Made by a program: the position numbers and the translations under genes
NCBI GenBank assembly: GCA_965219085.1
Contig: OZ244720.1
Span: 800,001-864,000, forward strand
Length of the DNA: 64,000 bases
Source: Dehalococcoidia bacterium
GTDB taxonomy: Bacteria > Chloroflexota > Dehalococcoidia > UBA2979
Direction: 5' to 3'
Shown here: positions 41,011 to 52,919 of the stretch, piece by piece
Layout: each line of letters begins with the position of its first letter
Position numbering within the stretch: the first letter of the stretch is position 1
The notes under the pieces: generated by a model
Seen by the model: only the letters and a program-made list of their open reading frames with translations
The model's database searches: none
What the model was told of the DNA's origin: nothing

Positions 41011-41034
41011 AGGCGTGCGCGGGGAGAACCAGCC

Positions 41035-41360
41035 ATGACCACAGCCGTGAAGGCCACTACGCGAACGGCGTGCTTACACCCTCGGGAGCCCCTCGACCTC
41101 GAGGAGGGCAAGGAGGTGACGCTGTCGATCGAGGACGCGGCGTCGCCCAGGCGAGGGCTGGCTGGAATCGTTGAGGCGGTCCAGGAACTCCACACGACCC
41201 ATCCCGCCGGACGCGTGGGATGGTCTGCTGGCGGATGGCGCCACGAACTACAAGCACTACCTGTACGGCAGCCCGAAGGAAGAGGACTGATGAGAGTGAT
41301 CTTCGCGGACGCCGGCTACTGGATCGCGCGGTGGAATCCGGGGGACGCAGGGCCGCATGA
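41035..41360 (+). pseudogene. Degenerate DUF104/AF2212-type antitoxin plus truncated PIN (VapC) toxin
   Basis: MTTAVKAT/YANGVLT/PLDLEEGKEV...NYKHYLYGSPK across shifted frames; then MRVIFADAGYWIA at 41290, truncated. Confidence 0.7.
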
Positions 41361-41363
41361 ACG

Positions 41364-41406
41364 GGGGAGGCCGCCGCCCTGCTTGCCGAAGGGTGGCGGC
41401 CTCCCC
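41364..41406. terminator. Strong GC hairpin between convergent genes
   Basis: ggggaggccgccgccct / agggtggcggcctcccc 17-bp stem; no long U tract. Confidence 0.5.
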
Positions 41407-44400
41407 GGGTCGGCGGTCGGCGTGAAGATCCTCCGAGGACGCTCGTGACGCCGGGGCCGTCCTGCTCGTTCCGCGTTGCCGACGGCGACGAAGGTCGCCT
41501 ACGGCGTGGCCGGGGTGTTGATGTGGTACCAGCGCGAGCGCTCGCTCACCCCGTACTCGTTGATGGCCCTGATGCGATAGGTGTACGTGAGGCTGGCCGC
41601 CACCGTGTCGTCGGTGTAGGTGGTCGCGGCGCTGCCCGTGTCCGCGACCAAGACACTGAAGTCGCCCCCGGTATTGTTCTCGCGGACGCGCCTCAGGATG
41701 ACGTAGCCGGTGATGGAGTCGTCGCCGGGGTCGTCCCAGGTGAGCACGACCGGGCCGTTGGTCGCCGTTGCTTCGAGGCCCGTGGGCTTGTCGGGTACGG
41801 GGGCTGCCGGAGTGTCGATGTGGGACCAGCGCGAGCGTTCACTCGTGCCGGCCCCGTTGCTGGCCTTAATGCGGTAGGTATAGCGAGTCTCAGCCGCCAC
41901 CGTGTCGTCGGTGTAGGTCAGCGCCGCCGTGCCGGTGTCCGCCACCAGCTCATCGAAGTGGCCCTCCGGGTCGACCCCGGGAATGCGGCGCAGGATGACG
42001 TAGCCGGTGATCGTGTCGTCGCCGGGGTCGTCCCAGGTGAGGGTCACCGAGTCATGCGACGCCGTGGCGGAGAGGTTCTTGGGCTTGTCGGGCGGCTCCG
42101 CGGGTTGCGCACCGGCCTCCACGTCCGTTGCCGCGCTGGTCAGTGTCTCTTCATTGCCCGCGTCGTCGGTGAAGGAGACGCTGACGCTGATGGCCTTACC
42201 TTCGTCGTCGGCAACCGGGGTGTAGGTGGCGTTGGTCGCTCCTGCGATGTCGGAGTCGTCCGCAAGCCACTGGTACTCGTATTGGAGGTTGCTAAGCCCG
42301 TCGGCGTCGGCAATGCCCGACGTGTGCGCCGCCAGCGTCTCGCCCACCTGTGCGGTGCCGCTGATGGCGGGCGTGCCGGTGGCGGGAGAATTGGACTGGG
42401 GCGCTGCTGCCACAGCATCCGTTGCAGCGCTGGTCAGCGTCTCCTCGTTATCGGCGTCGTCGGTGAAGCTCACCTGCACGGTGATGACCTTGCCCTCGTC
42501 GGCAGCCACCAGGGTGTAGGCGGCGTTGGTCGCTCCCGTGATGCCGGAGTCGTCCGCTAGCCACTGGTAGCTGAGGGTGGCATTTGCAAGACCGTCGGCA
42601 TCGGCGATGCCCGACGTGCCGGCGGTGAGTGTCTCCCCCACCTGCGCCGTTCCGCTGATGGCGGGCGCTCCTGTCGCCGGGCTGTTGGGCGTGGGCGCTG
42701 CCGCCACCGCGTCCGTTGCTCCGCTGGTCAGCGTCTCCTCGTTGTCGGCGTCGTCGGTGAAGCTCACCTGCACGGTGATGACCTTGCCCTCGTCGGCGTC
42801 GACCAGGGTGTAGGTAGCGTTGGTGGCGCCTGTGATTTCGGAGTCGTCGGCCAGCCACTGGTACTCGTACTGGACGCTGTTCAGACCGTCCGCGTCGGCG
42901 ATGCCCGACGTGCCGGCGGTGAGTGTCTCCCCCACCTGCGCCGTTCCGCTGATGGTGGGCGCGCCCGTGGCAAGGCGGTTGGAGTGTTCGCGTGGCGCCT
43001 GCCCGGCGCTGAAGACCCAGGGCCGGGCCTGCTTGATCGACAGAATGTTGTCGCTGGTGATCTTGAATTCAATCTCCATGGCGAACTCCTCGCCCGACGC
43101 GATGCCGTACAGCACTGCGAAGCGGTCGTGGATCGCTTCAAGATGACGGCGCAGCTGGTCGAGTTGGACGTCGCTCATGAGGAGCTGTCCCGCGGGAACC
43201 TGATTGGAGCGCGCCGTTAAGGTGTACGTGCTGTCGGGGTGCAGCAGCATCTCCTCGGGCGTCGAGTGCGCCTCAGGATTGGTGATCAGGTCCTCGCCCA
43301 GCTGCGTGTTGACGTAGTAGCTCCCGTCCCTGCGGCCGAAGGGGTCGAAGCTGACGGCGACGCCGTTGGCCAACTCGTCGGAGTAGTTGGGATGCACGAG
43401 CACCCCCATCGCCGCCGCCAGGTGGTCGATGCGGTGGAACTCGCGCTCAGTGAAGGCCCGGAAGTTCCACATGCTCGCCCACACGCCCTTGATGGACTTG
43501 TCGATGCCGTCCTCTGCGGTCTCGTCGGGGTCCTGGGTCTTGGAGTCGTACAGCCCCGCGCCGCTGAACCCCGGCAGGTCCTCGTTGTTGGTGCTGGACC
43601 GGTAGCGCAGCGACTGCCCTTCAGGGTAGTTGGCGTGCATGTCCTCCAGCGCTTCGATGATCCACTCGGGCGTCTCGCCCTTCTTGATCTTCTTGCGCAG
43701 CTTCTTCAGCGCGGACTCCTGGGTGTCGAAGTCCGAGTGGAAATCCGGGTCGGCCAGCATCTCCCTGACGTCAGCGTAGAAGCCGTTGTGCTTCATGAAC
43801 TCGTCGTAGAAGTAGAACGGCACCGCGAACCCCTCCGGCACGGTCCCGTCCCCGAAGCCCAGCGTCCCCAGCACGGCCACGTTCGCCGCCTTGACGCCGA
43901 ACGCGGTCCAGTCGCCGAATCCAATGTCGCTGAGCGCAGTGATCTGCGTGACCGCGAGGTCCCGCTGAGGAGTCTGGGGCTGCGAGGGGCGCGACGCGGC
44001 ATAGTGGGCATCGACCTCCGCAGGGGTAGCGGCACGCAGGGTCCATCCGTACCCGGCCACCGTGTAGTGAACGTAGCTGTCGATGAGATCATCGATGTCG
44101 TCGTCGTCGAGGGCATCGCGGATGAAGGCGTTGGGGACGCCGTCCTGCACAGCTCGCAGGTTGACGTGCGACAGCGGCGTCTGGGGCACGGTGGTGATGA
44201 TGCCGGCGACACGGGAGAGTTCATTGGGCAGGGTCTCATAGATGACGACGTCGCGCGGGTTGGGGCGTTCCTCCAGCGCCATGACCCGGAGGAAACCGTA
44301 CCCCTCCGCTTTGTTCAGGGAGATGAAGTCCACATCGGGGAAGATGTCCTCCTCCAACAGCACATTGACTCGGGAATCGTCGAAGAGCGCCCGTTCCTCG

Positions 44401-47400
44401 TGATACAGCGGCAGAGCTCGCGCCGGCATCGGGTAGTACGCGAAGTTGTCGTCGAGCAGCGGCATGCTGGCTGCCAGCACCTCGTACCCATAGGCCACAG
44501 CCTCGAACGAGTAGGCATCCTGAGGCTCGAACTCGAAGCGGTAGACGCCCAGGGAACCGTCGGGAGCGACCACATTGGGGTGGTATACGATCTCACCCTT
44601 CATCGCACCCTGCAACCAGAGTGGGTTGTGCCAAAGACCGATGACATTGCCAAACCAGGAGTGTGCCCGGTGTGTCTCGGTATTCATGAAATAAACAACT
44701 GGGCGGTCGGTGTCCATGCGGAACAGGTAGAACTTGACGAACTCCAGGCCTCTGAGATGTGCATCAACCACGACACGCCTGCCCTGGTAGGAAAGCGCCT
44801 CGAACGTCTCACGGTCGGGAATCGCCACCACGCCGTCAACGAACTCGACAGGCGGCGCGGGGTTCAGCGGGTTCATCCCCGCCGGATCACCGAGTTCGGC
44901 GATATCGTCGACGCAGTCGCCGTCGAGGTCGCCCGGTTCGGCGATGAGAAACTCATCGACCCGGTAGCGCTCTGCTGGGAGAGCCGAGAGCTGCTCGGTC
45001 AGCGTCGTCGTGCCGGCCTGACCCAAAGTCACCGACACCGGGATCTCCACCGCGGTCTCGCCGTTCAACTGGTGCATCACATAGAGCACGTAGTACTTCT
45101 CAACCGTGGACTCGACCGCTACCGGAACCGACCCGACCGCAATCGACCTCGGCGCAGAACCCGAACCCGCTCCCGGACACTCGCTCGCCGGCTGCACCGG
45201 CATAGTCGACAGGCTCGCCCGGGTCTCCCGGTACCGGGCGTCGTCGGTGAAGCTCACCCGCACCCCGACGGCCCGGCCGGCCATGTCCGGCGTCAAGGTG
45301 AGGCTGGCGCCAGCAGCCCCGTCGATGTCGCTGCCCCCGGCCGTCCACTGGTAGGCGAAGCTGGCGCCGGCCATCCCGTCTGGATCGGCGATGCCCGATG
45401 TGTGCGCCCGCAGCACCTGGTTCACCCGGGCCATCCCGCTGATCGTGGGCGCTCCCGTGGCACGATTGTTGGGCCGGGCGGCAACCGCGGCCGTAGGCTC
45501 GCTGGTCAGCGACTCTCTGTTCCCCGCATCGTCGGTGAAGGACACCCGCACCCGGATGGTCCGCCCAACCTCGTTGCGAGTGAGGGTGAGGCTGAGGCCG
45601 TCGGCCCCGGCGATGTCTCTCCCTCGGGCCATCCATTGGTAGGTGAAGCTGGCCCCGGCGAGTCCGTCCGGGTCGGCGATGCCCGACGTATCGGCGGTGA
45701 GCGTCTCTCCCACCTTGGCGGCGCCGCTGATGGTCGGCGCTCCCACGGCGCGACCGTCGGGGGCCGTCGGGAGCAGCCGGACCGCCACGGTATCTCCGTC
45801 GTTCCAGCTCAGGTCCGTTCCTCTCCACTGGTAGAGGTTGCCGTAGCTGTAGGACTGGAAGGACGAGTCGGTGGAGGCGAACTGCTCGCCGTCCAACTCC
45901 AGCACGAAGCCGAAGGGAAGCTGCCGGTCGAAGCCGATGTACATCCACCCCCGCGTCTCAATCATGGTCACGGTGTAGGTCGTGCCGGCCACCTCGAACC
46001 ACGCCGGGTACAGCGACCCGACCTGCCGGGAGCTGGTCGAGTAGTACCCGTAGCCCCAGTGCACCCACTCCACCGTCATCGTGGCCGACCACACTGCTGT
46101 CAGCTCGTCGGCCAGCGGCTCCTCGCCGTCAGGGGGTTGCTCGCTGACTGGTTCTGGGCCCGCAACGGTGAACACGGGCCGGTTGTGCAGTTGCCTGCCG
46201 TCCGCGGTGCAAATGTCCCCCGCTACCTCACAGGCTACGCCCGCCGGCAGCGCGATGGTTACGTCGCCGGTCGAGGCTGGGACCACGGTGATCTCCCATA
46301 GCCTGTTCAGTCCGTTCACCCTCGCAACGCCGGAAACCGAACCTCCGGTCACCTCAAGGGAATGGTCCCGCAGAGTTTCCGAGTCGGTCGCAATGTCCTC
46401 GCTGAAGTGGAGCCGGAAGGTGAACGGGTCCACTCCATCGTGGGTCTCCGGCGTAAGTCTGAACCACGCCGTCGGAGGCGCCAGCGGCAGCTCGGGCAAC
46501 GAAGCGTCTGGCCCCGCCGCGAGAGTCAGGCTCACCTCCACCCCGTCGCCCGCGGTCCAGTTCCAGTCACGGGCCTCCCACCAGTACGCGTCTGTGAACT
46601 TGGTGCTCGGGCGCGAGCCCTCCCCCCTCTCGTATCGAGCATCCCCAATGCCGAGCGTGAAGTCCGCTTGCAGTTTCCGGTCTACGACCAAGATCAGACC
46701 GTCAGACTGATGAGTGAGGACTCCGACTCGGTAGGTCCTCCCCCCGCGTGCGAAGGTGTCGGTCGAGAGCGTGCCGTCCATTCCCCAGGCCGAGTAGCCG
46801 GATGTTCTGGGAATTACCGATGTGTCCTCGCCCACCGTCAGCGTCGCCGACCAGGTCACTATCGGGTCGGTAGCCGCTCCCGTCAGTGTTTCCGCATTGC
46901 CCGCATCGTCGGTGAAACTCACCCTCACCCTTATGGATTTGCCCGCGTCGGCGTCGGATGGGGCGTAGGTCTGCGCCGTGGCGTCCGTAATCTCGGTATC
47001 GGACATCCCGTCATTGGCCAGCCACTGGTAGCTGAACGTCGCGTTCTCCAGTCCGTCCGCGTCCGCGATGCCCGACGTGTCCGCCGTCAGCGTCTCCCCC
47101 ACTTTTGCGATGCCTCTGATGACCGGCGCGCCCGTGGCCGGACTGATCGCACTCGCAGATACCGTCACCGTGATCGTCTGCGTCGCCGTCTTCTCCCGTG
47201 TCCCCGTGCCGCTGGTCGCCGTAACCTCCACCACGTAGTCGTTGTCGGTGTCCTGGTCCTGCGCGTCCTCGAAGTTCGGCGCGGTCTTGAAGGTCAACTC
47301 TCCGGACGTCGCCCCGATCGAGAAGAAACTCCGGTCCGCCCCGCCGGTGATCGCGTAGCCCGTGATGCTGTCGTCCGCATCGTCGTCCGTCGCCTCTACC

Positions 47401-48073
47401 GTTACCACCGCCGTTTGGTTCTCCGCCACGCTGATCGTCGCCGATGATCTGAACGTCGGCGCCACATTGAGGACCTTCAGGATCGTGAAGTCGTCCAGAA
47501 TGTTCCCGGTACTGTCCAGAAACATGGCGTCAAGACGCCTCCCGTTCACGTCGAGCACCATTGACCCCAGAGTCGCCATCGAAGCGGCCATGGCCGGGTG
47601 GCCAAACGGTCCTGCCTTCCGCTTGCCCGAGGAGCCGGCTACGACATACACGGCGCCGGCGTTCGACGTGCCCACTGCTGCGGGCTTCTGATAGGCCCCG
47701 TCGCCTGTTGCGCTGCCGTCGCCGGGACTCTTCTTCATGGCGTCGGTTAGGGTCTCGGACAGCCCGTAGTGGCCATCGATGAGATACGAACGCTCGTAGG
47801 AGTGGCTATGCCCGGCAAGCACCAGATCGACGCCGTACCGCTCGAGAAGGGGCACGGCGTTCTGCCGCATCTCAATCGAGCGCTCTTGGACGTCGGAGTC
47901 GCGCGATCCCCTGGAATAGGGAGGGTGGTGCCAGAACGCGATGACCCATTCCTTGTCGTTCGCCTGCAGATCCGCTTCCAGCCAGGTCATCATCGCCCCG
48001 TCCGGCGAGCGATCAGTTTCGTAGGAGTCCAGGACAATGAAGTGCATGTTCCCGTAGTCGAAGGAGTAATAGG

Positions 48074-49439
48074 GGTCACGTCCCTGCAAGTGGTGTAGCA
48101 GTGCACCATCCTGATCATTTGCTAGCTGGCAGCTTGCAGCAGCACCTCCTCGCCTGAGGCGACCTCGGCCACGGCCGCCGGCAGCGACTGCAGCATCGTC
48201 ATGTAGCGCCTCCCCTCCGCCCACTCGTCGTGCTGCTCGGCGAGCACGGCGCCGACCAGCCGCACGACCGCGGCGCGGTTGGGGAAGATGCCGACGACGT
48301 TGGTGCGCCGCCGGATCTCCTTGTTGAGGCGTTCCAGCGGGTTGTTCGACCAGACCTGCCGCCAGTGCTGGGACGGGAAGGCCGTGAACGCCAGGATCTC
48401 GGGTCCGGCGTCGGCGAGCAGCGCCGCGGCCTCGGGGAAGCGCTCGGCGAGCTGCTCCACCACACGGGCGTGCTGGGCCTGCACCTCGGCCGCAGAGGAC
48501 TGCTCGTAGATCGTCCGCACCGTCGTCGCCACCAGCTTCTCGGCGCTCTTCGGCACCCGGGTGAGCAGGTTGCGCATGAAGTGCGTCCTGCAGCGCTGCC
48601 AGGAGGCGCCGGCGAAGACGGTCGCGATCGCGTCTCTGAGCCCCTGGTGGGCGTCCGAGGTCACCAGCTCGACCCCGGACAGACCGCGCGCCACGAGCCC
48701 GCGCAGGAAGCTCAGCCAGAACGCCCCGTCCTCGGAGGTACCGACGTCGATGCCCAGCAGCTCGCGCTTGCCTGTCGCGTTGACGGCGGTGGCGACGACC
48801 ACGCTCACCTGGACGACGCGGCCCTCCTCGCGCACGAGCTGGGTGAGCGCGTCGAGCCAGAGGTAGCGGTAGGGGCCCGAGTCGAGCGGCCGCTCGAGGA
48901 AGCTCTCCACGACCTCGTCGAGCTCGGCGCAGATGCGCGAGACCTGGCTCTTCGAGATGCCATCACAGCCGAGCGAGCGCACGAGGTCGTCGACGCGGCG
49001 CGTCGAGACGCCCTCGACGTAGGCCTGCGTGACCACGGAGAGGAGGGCGCGCTCCGAGCGCCGCCGCGGCTCGAGCAGCGAGGGGAAGTAGCTGCCCTCG
49101 CGCAGCTTCGGGATGCCCAGTTCGATCGTGCCCACGCGCGTGTCCCAGCGCCTGGGCCGGTAGCCGTTACGCCGGGTGAGGCGCGTCTCGCTGCGCTCGC
49201 CGTGGGCGGCGCCGATCTGCGCCGAGACCTCGGCGTCCATCACCGCCTGGGCGAGCACCGCGACCGCCTCGCGCAGGAAGTCAATGTCAGCTCCGTCCGC
49301 CTGCTTGCGCAGCAACTCCAACAAGTCCACGCTCTCCTTGACCACCGTAGTCCTCCTTCACGTGACTGTTTCCTGTGTGAAGGATGGCGCGGTGGTCTCC
49401 TACGTCCACCTCTGTGACACCACTTCCTGGGACGCTACC
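48074..49439 (-). mobile_element. IS256-family element with 8-bp target duplication
   Basis: DR GTAATAGG at 48066-48073 and 49440-49447; IRs ggtcacgtccctgcaagtggtgt / ggtagcgtcccaggaagtggtgt. Confidence 0.95.
48122..49345 (-). CDS. IS256-family transposase
   Basis: RNGYR, IPKLREGSYFPS, GVSTRRV, YLWLDA, SDAHQGL, QRCRTHFMRN, NPLERLNKEIRRR. Confidence 0.96.
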   Translation of the reverse strand: MVKESVDLLELLRKQADGADIDFLREAVAVLAQAVMDAEVSAQIGAAHGERSETRLTRRNGYRPRRWDTRVGTIELGIPKLREGSYFPSLLEPRRRSERALLSVVTQAYVEGVSTRRVDDLVRSLGCDGISKSQVSRICAELDEVVESFLERPLDSGPYRYLWLDALTQLVREEGRVVQVSVVVATAVNATGKRELLGIDVGTSEDGAFWLSFLRGLVARGLSGVELVTSDAHQGLRDAIATVFAGASWQRCRTHFMRNLLTRVPKSAEKLVATTVRTIYEQSSAAEVQAQHARVVEQLAERFPEAAALLADAGPEILAFTAFPSQHWRQVWSNNPLERLNKEIRRRTNVVGIFPNRAAVVRLVGAVLAEQHDEWAEGRRYMTMLQSLPAAVAEVASGEEVLLQAAS

Positions 49440-50264
49440 GTAATAGGCTTCTGTCCTTGAGGGGACACCGCCGGCTTCGCCGTTGCGAGGGAACGAAAAG
49501 ATGTCGTAATAGGGCCCACTCTCGGTGGTCGAGTCGGCTGTGGGGCCGTCATGGTTTCCGAGCGCCGACCAGAGCACGGTCCTACGCAGCACCTGCGGGT
49601 AGGTCTCGAAAACTGCCGCCTGGTACTCTGCATCGGTTCCGCTGCCATAGGCGTTGTCGCCCAGCATGATCCAGAGGTCCGGGTCGCGCGACCCCGTGAA
49701 ATTCAGAAAGGCATCCCTGACGGCCCTGGCATTGGCATTTGCGGTGCCGGAATCTCCGATGACCCAGATTCGCGTCGGCTTCGCCGTGCCCGAGACGGGA
49801 GCGGTTACAACGAAATGATCGCCGTCCCCGCCGGTCAGCGTGTCCGATGAAGTGCCCACGGAATAGAAGTACTTGACGCCGGCGGACAAGCCCGTGACTT
49901 CCACTTCGTGCTCGGTTGTGGAGTCGGAGTTCGTTGCCGATAGCGTCAGGCCGTCCGGGGCGAGGCCGTAACGCACGACGCTATCGGTCGCTTCGTAGGT
50001 TCGCTACTTGACGATGACGCTCGACGACGTGCCACTCTGAAGATAGGGGCCTCGAACGACCACCTGGGCGGTTCCGGTGGTGTCCGTTGGCGTGTTGCTC
50101 TGCCGGGGTGGCGTGTCGGGCTCCTCGGCCTGTACCGGGGAGAAGAGCAGGGCCAGGGCCAGGGCCGCCAGAGCGGCGAACGGGACCGGGAGTCGTCCTC
50201 TACCGGCGCGAGTCATTGTCGGTCCGCCCTGTGCCTGTGCGGGGCGAGGCCGTCGCGCACGGTC

Positions 50265-50557
50265 AGGGCCGCATGCCGGAGACCGGGCCCCGGCTCACGT
50301 CTGCCGCGCGGAGGCGGGAGGTCGGGCGATAGAACGCATGTACGGGGGGCAAGAATGCCCGTGCCGCAGCGGCTGCGGGCGTGGGAGTGGACCGGACGGC
50401 CTGATGCGGCGGTGGAGCGGTCGAGCGCCACGTCACGCCTCCCGGTGCGTGAAGCAGCGTCCCCGCCGGCTGGCCTGGCGGGTTGCTACTCCTCCGAGTG
50501 GGACAAGCGGACAGGATGGGCGCTCAGTGTGTCAATGACATAAGAATCTTTGGTCAA
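50265..50557 (-). promoter_or_regulatory. Conserved motif copy C plus conserved 5' leader
   Basis: Minus strand ttgaccaaagattcttatgtcattgacacac; leader aligns with 21357-21665. Confidence 0.7.
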
Positions 50558-50787
50558 GGTGCCGCACGTGGCCCCCGCAGCGCGGGCGCGTTCTCGATCG
50601 CGAGGCCGCTCCGGCTGGCGCAGGACGCCGTGCCGCATGAACAGGGAAGGACGCGGCAGCGCAGCGCCCTCCCTCTGGTGTCCGTGCCCGGCCGGGCGTC
50701 TCAGGCCAACCGCCCGCTCACGCGTGCGGGCTCGCTCGCTCCTGCTCGCGCGGCGCGGGCTGCGGGTGCTGCTCCGCCGCCGCGCCC

Positions 50788-51276
50788 CTAGTCCCCGCCC
50801 CGCTCCGCCTCTTCCCGCTCCCGCGGTTCGATGTCGTCGCGGATGCCCTCGCGGATGCGGTCCGCCTCCAGCCGCAGTTCCTCGATGCGGCGCAGCGCGT
50901 CCGCGCCGGGCATCGCCAGCACCCCCTCCAGACCCTCGCAGAGCCCGTCGAAGCGCACCCACTCCGCCGCCTCGAACCCCTCCGGCGCGAGCTCGCCCCG
51001 CGACGCCACCCACGAGCACATGGCAAAGGCGCTCTCCTCCGAGTCGAGCAGCTCGCCACAGCCGTCCTCCTCGAGGCACTCCCGCAGGTCCTCGAGGCGC
51101 TCGTCGAAGCGCCGTGCGAGCTTGTCGGAGTCGGCGATCCAGTCCTCGACATCGGGAAACACACTCCCGCAGCCGGCCAGGGCCAGCGCGGCGAGCGCCG
51201 CCGCCACGGCGAGCGCTCCGGTCCGCATCAACCCGCGGCGCCCGCTCATCGTTGCGCGCAGGCGCCCGCGCGCCAC
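50788..51276 (-). CDS. Putative lipoprotein
   Basis: Hydrophobic stretch plus lipobox LAGC; helical acidic Cys-containing body; start may be at 51249. Confidence 0.7.
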   Translation of the reverse strand: MARGRLRATMSGRRGLMRTGALAVAAALAALALAGCGSVFPDVEDWIADSDKLARRFDERLEDLRECLEEDGCGELLDSEESAFAMCSWVASRGELAPEGFEAAEWVRFDGLCEGLEGVLAMPGADALRRIEELRLEADRIREGIRDDIEPREREEAERGGD

Positions 51277-51389
51277 GCGCCGGGTCCCGCAGCCGGGGTG
51301 GGCCTCCGCGGGCGGTCACGGTCGGCTCGCTTGACGAAGGGGGTTGTCACATTGCAGCTCCCCGCGGCAGTCGATGCGAGGTCGGAGGC

Positions 51390-52613
51390 TCAGTCAAACG
51401 CATGCAGCACGACGCCCGTGGGCAGTTTCGGGACGAAGTAGGTGGACTTCTGCGGCATGAAGCCACCGGCGTCGGCGGTGTCGATCACGTCCTGCAACGT
51501 CGGCGCGGGCAGGATGAAGGCCGCCGCCGCCGAGCCGCGCCGCACGGCATCCAGCGCTTCCCGCGGGTCGTGCGTGTAGCTCACGGCGTCACCGCCCGCG
51601 AGCGCCTGCGCGTCGATGCCGAAGATCGGCTCCAGCACGGCTTCCTGCAGGAGGGCGGGCGCAAGCGCCCGCCACGTGGGCGGGGCCGAAGCGGGTATCG
51701 CCGCACGCGCCTCTTCCCGCGGTTCGAGCGTGTACAGGCCGTCCGCCGTGACGAGTGCGAACGTCGCGCTACCGTCCGGGAGGGCCGCCTGCAGCGCACC
51801 GGCCGCTACCTCGCCGACGACGAATGCAGCCGCGAGCCGCTCTGTCAGCCGTGGCGGAGCGGGCGCGTGCACGACACGGTGCGTCGCCCCGACGGCCAGG
51901 GCCGGGTCGCCGGCGCAGACGATGCCCATCAGGACGCTGCCTGAAGCGGCCCGGTCGTCCCTCGAGGCCAGCGCGGACTCGTAGCGATGATGACCATCAC
52001 CCACGTAGACCCGCTGTGATCGAAACAGCGACTCGATCGCGGCCACCGTCGTCGCATCGTCGATCACGCGCAGGGTGTGCCCGTCTCCGCCCGGATCGAC
52101 ACCCTCATTCCTGGGCGGCTGCAGGCGGACGGCTGCGATGAGGTCTGCCAGTGCGCGATCGCGGTCGGGCACGAAGGCCAGCAGCGGCGAGACGTCGGCC
52201 CCGACGAGCGAGCGCAGGGCCGTGCGCGTTGCGCGCGGGCCCGGCATGGTGCGCTCGTGGCCCATCACGCCCGCCTCGCCCCAGTCCGAGAGTTCGACCG
52301 CGCCGAAGATGGCGCGGCGCGTGCGGGCGCGTCCGCCGGCCACGAAGCGGTGCTCGTGGAGATAGAACGAGGGTTGCTCGTCCCGGACGATGATGCCCCG
52401 TTCCCGCCAGTCCGACAGCCGCCGGGCCGCCTTCGCAATCTCGCTCTCGCCGGTGGCCGTCTCGATGTGCGCGATCTGATACGGGCTCGCCGACCTCAGC
52501 GTCGCCGTCTCGGCTGCGTCGACGATGTCGTACGGCGGCCCGAGCAGCGCTCCCCAGTCGCCGGCGCTCTCGGCGTCGTATCGCAGACCCCGGAACGGCG
52601 CGACGCGTGCCAT
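51390..52613 (-). CDS. DUF1015 family protein
   Basis: PFRGLRY, PPYD, HERT, DGHHRY, THR, MPQKSTYF.PKL.TG. Confidence 0.92.
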   Translation of the reverse strand: MARVAPFRGLRYDAESAGDWGALLGPPYDIVDAAETATLRSASPYQIAHIETATGESEIAKAARRLSDWRERGIIVRDEQPSFYLHEHRFVAGGRARTRRAIFGAVELSDWGEAGVMGHERTMPGPRATRTALRSLVGADVSPLLAFVPDRDRALADLIAAVRLQPPRNEGVDPGGDGHTLRVIDDATTVAAIESLFRSQRVYVGDGHHRYESALASRDDRAASGSVLMGIVCAGDPALAVGATHRVVHAPAPPRLTERLAAAFVVGEVAAGALQAALPDGSATFALVTADGLYTLEPREEARAAIPASAPPTWRALAPALLQEAVLEPIFGIDAQALAGGDAVSYTHDPREALDAVRRGSAAAAFILPAPTLQDVIDTADAGGFMPQKSTYFVPKLPTGVVLHAFD

Positions 52614-52709
52614 GGTGAACGCTCTCTTCCTACCGGCGCGCCCGTCCGCGTCGCCGCCCCCAGCGGCGGCGGGCGGCTGTTCCGTTGCGTGCGGGGTTCC
52701 GTCTCCCGT

Positions 52710-52838
52710 CTAACCCGTCGCGCAGTCCGCGAGCAGCAGCACCAGCGCCGTGACCAGGGCGGCCAGCCCCGCCACGACGCCCAGGGCTGCCACCAGGGCT
52801 CAAGAGAACACCTCCTCCGCGAGTGAGGGCCTCGCCAC
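52710..52838 (-). pseudogene. Possible small membrane peptide with internal TGA
   Basis: VARPSLAEEVFS*ALVAALGVVAGLAALVTALVLLLADCATG with coding-like GC3 bias. Confidence 0.3.
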
Positions 52839-52879
52839 CGCGGGCGCGCCGTCCTCTGCCTCTCACGATCGGACAGGAC

Positions 52880-52919
52880 ACCCATGATGAGCGTCAATGG
52901 CATAAACAAAGTTGTGCAT
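52880..52919 (-). promoter_or_regulatory. Variant motif copy E in the LysR divergent intergenic region
   Basis: Minus strand atgcacaa-ctttgt-ttatgccattgacgctcatcatg; same spacing as copies A-D. Confidence 0.55.

Larger units (their letters stand above)
41499..50216 (-). pseudogene. Giant surface protein 4: purple-acid-phosphatase-type metallophosphoesterase, cadherin, Ig-like repeats, PEP/pyruvate-binding (PPDK_N) domain, FN3; interrupted by IS256 and an amber codon
   Basis: Signal peptide ALAALALALLFSPVQA; K*RT stop at 50004-50006; GDSG, LGDNAY, GNHD, HHPPY, GHSHSY motifs; EAYY|SFDYGN is rejoined on IS removal; GVKAAN, RSSTNNED..FSGAGLYDS, IKQARP. Confidence 0.88.

Noticed and set aside
47990-48224. 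ORF-track start of the 2241-aa protein at 48224
   Set aside because: The N-terminus derives from IS256 sequence; the real gene starts at 50216.
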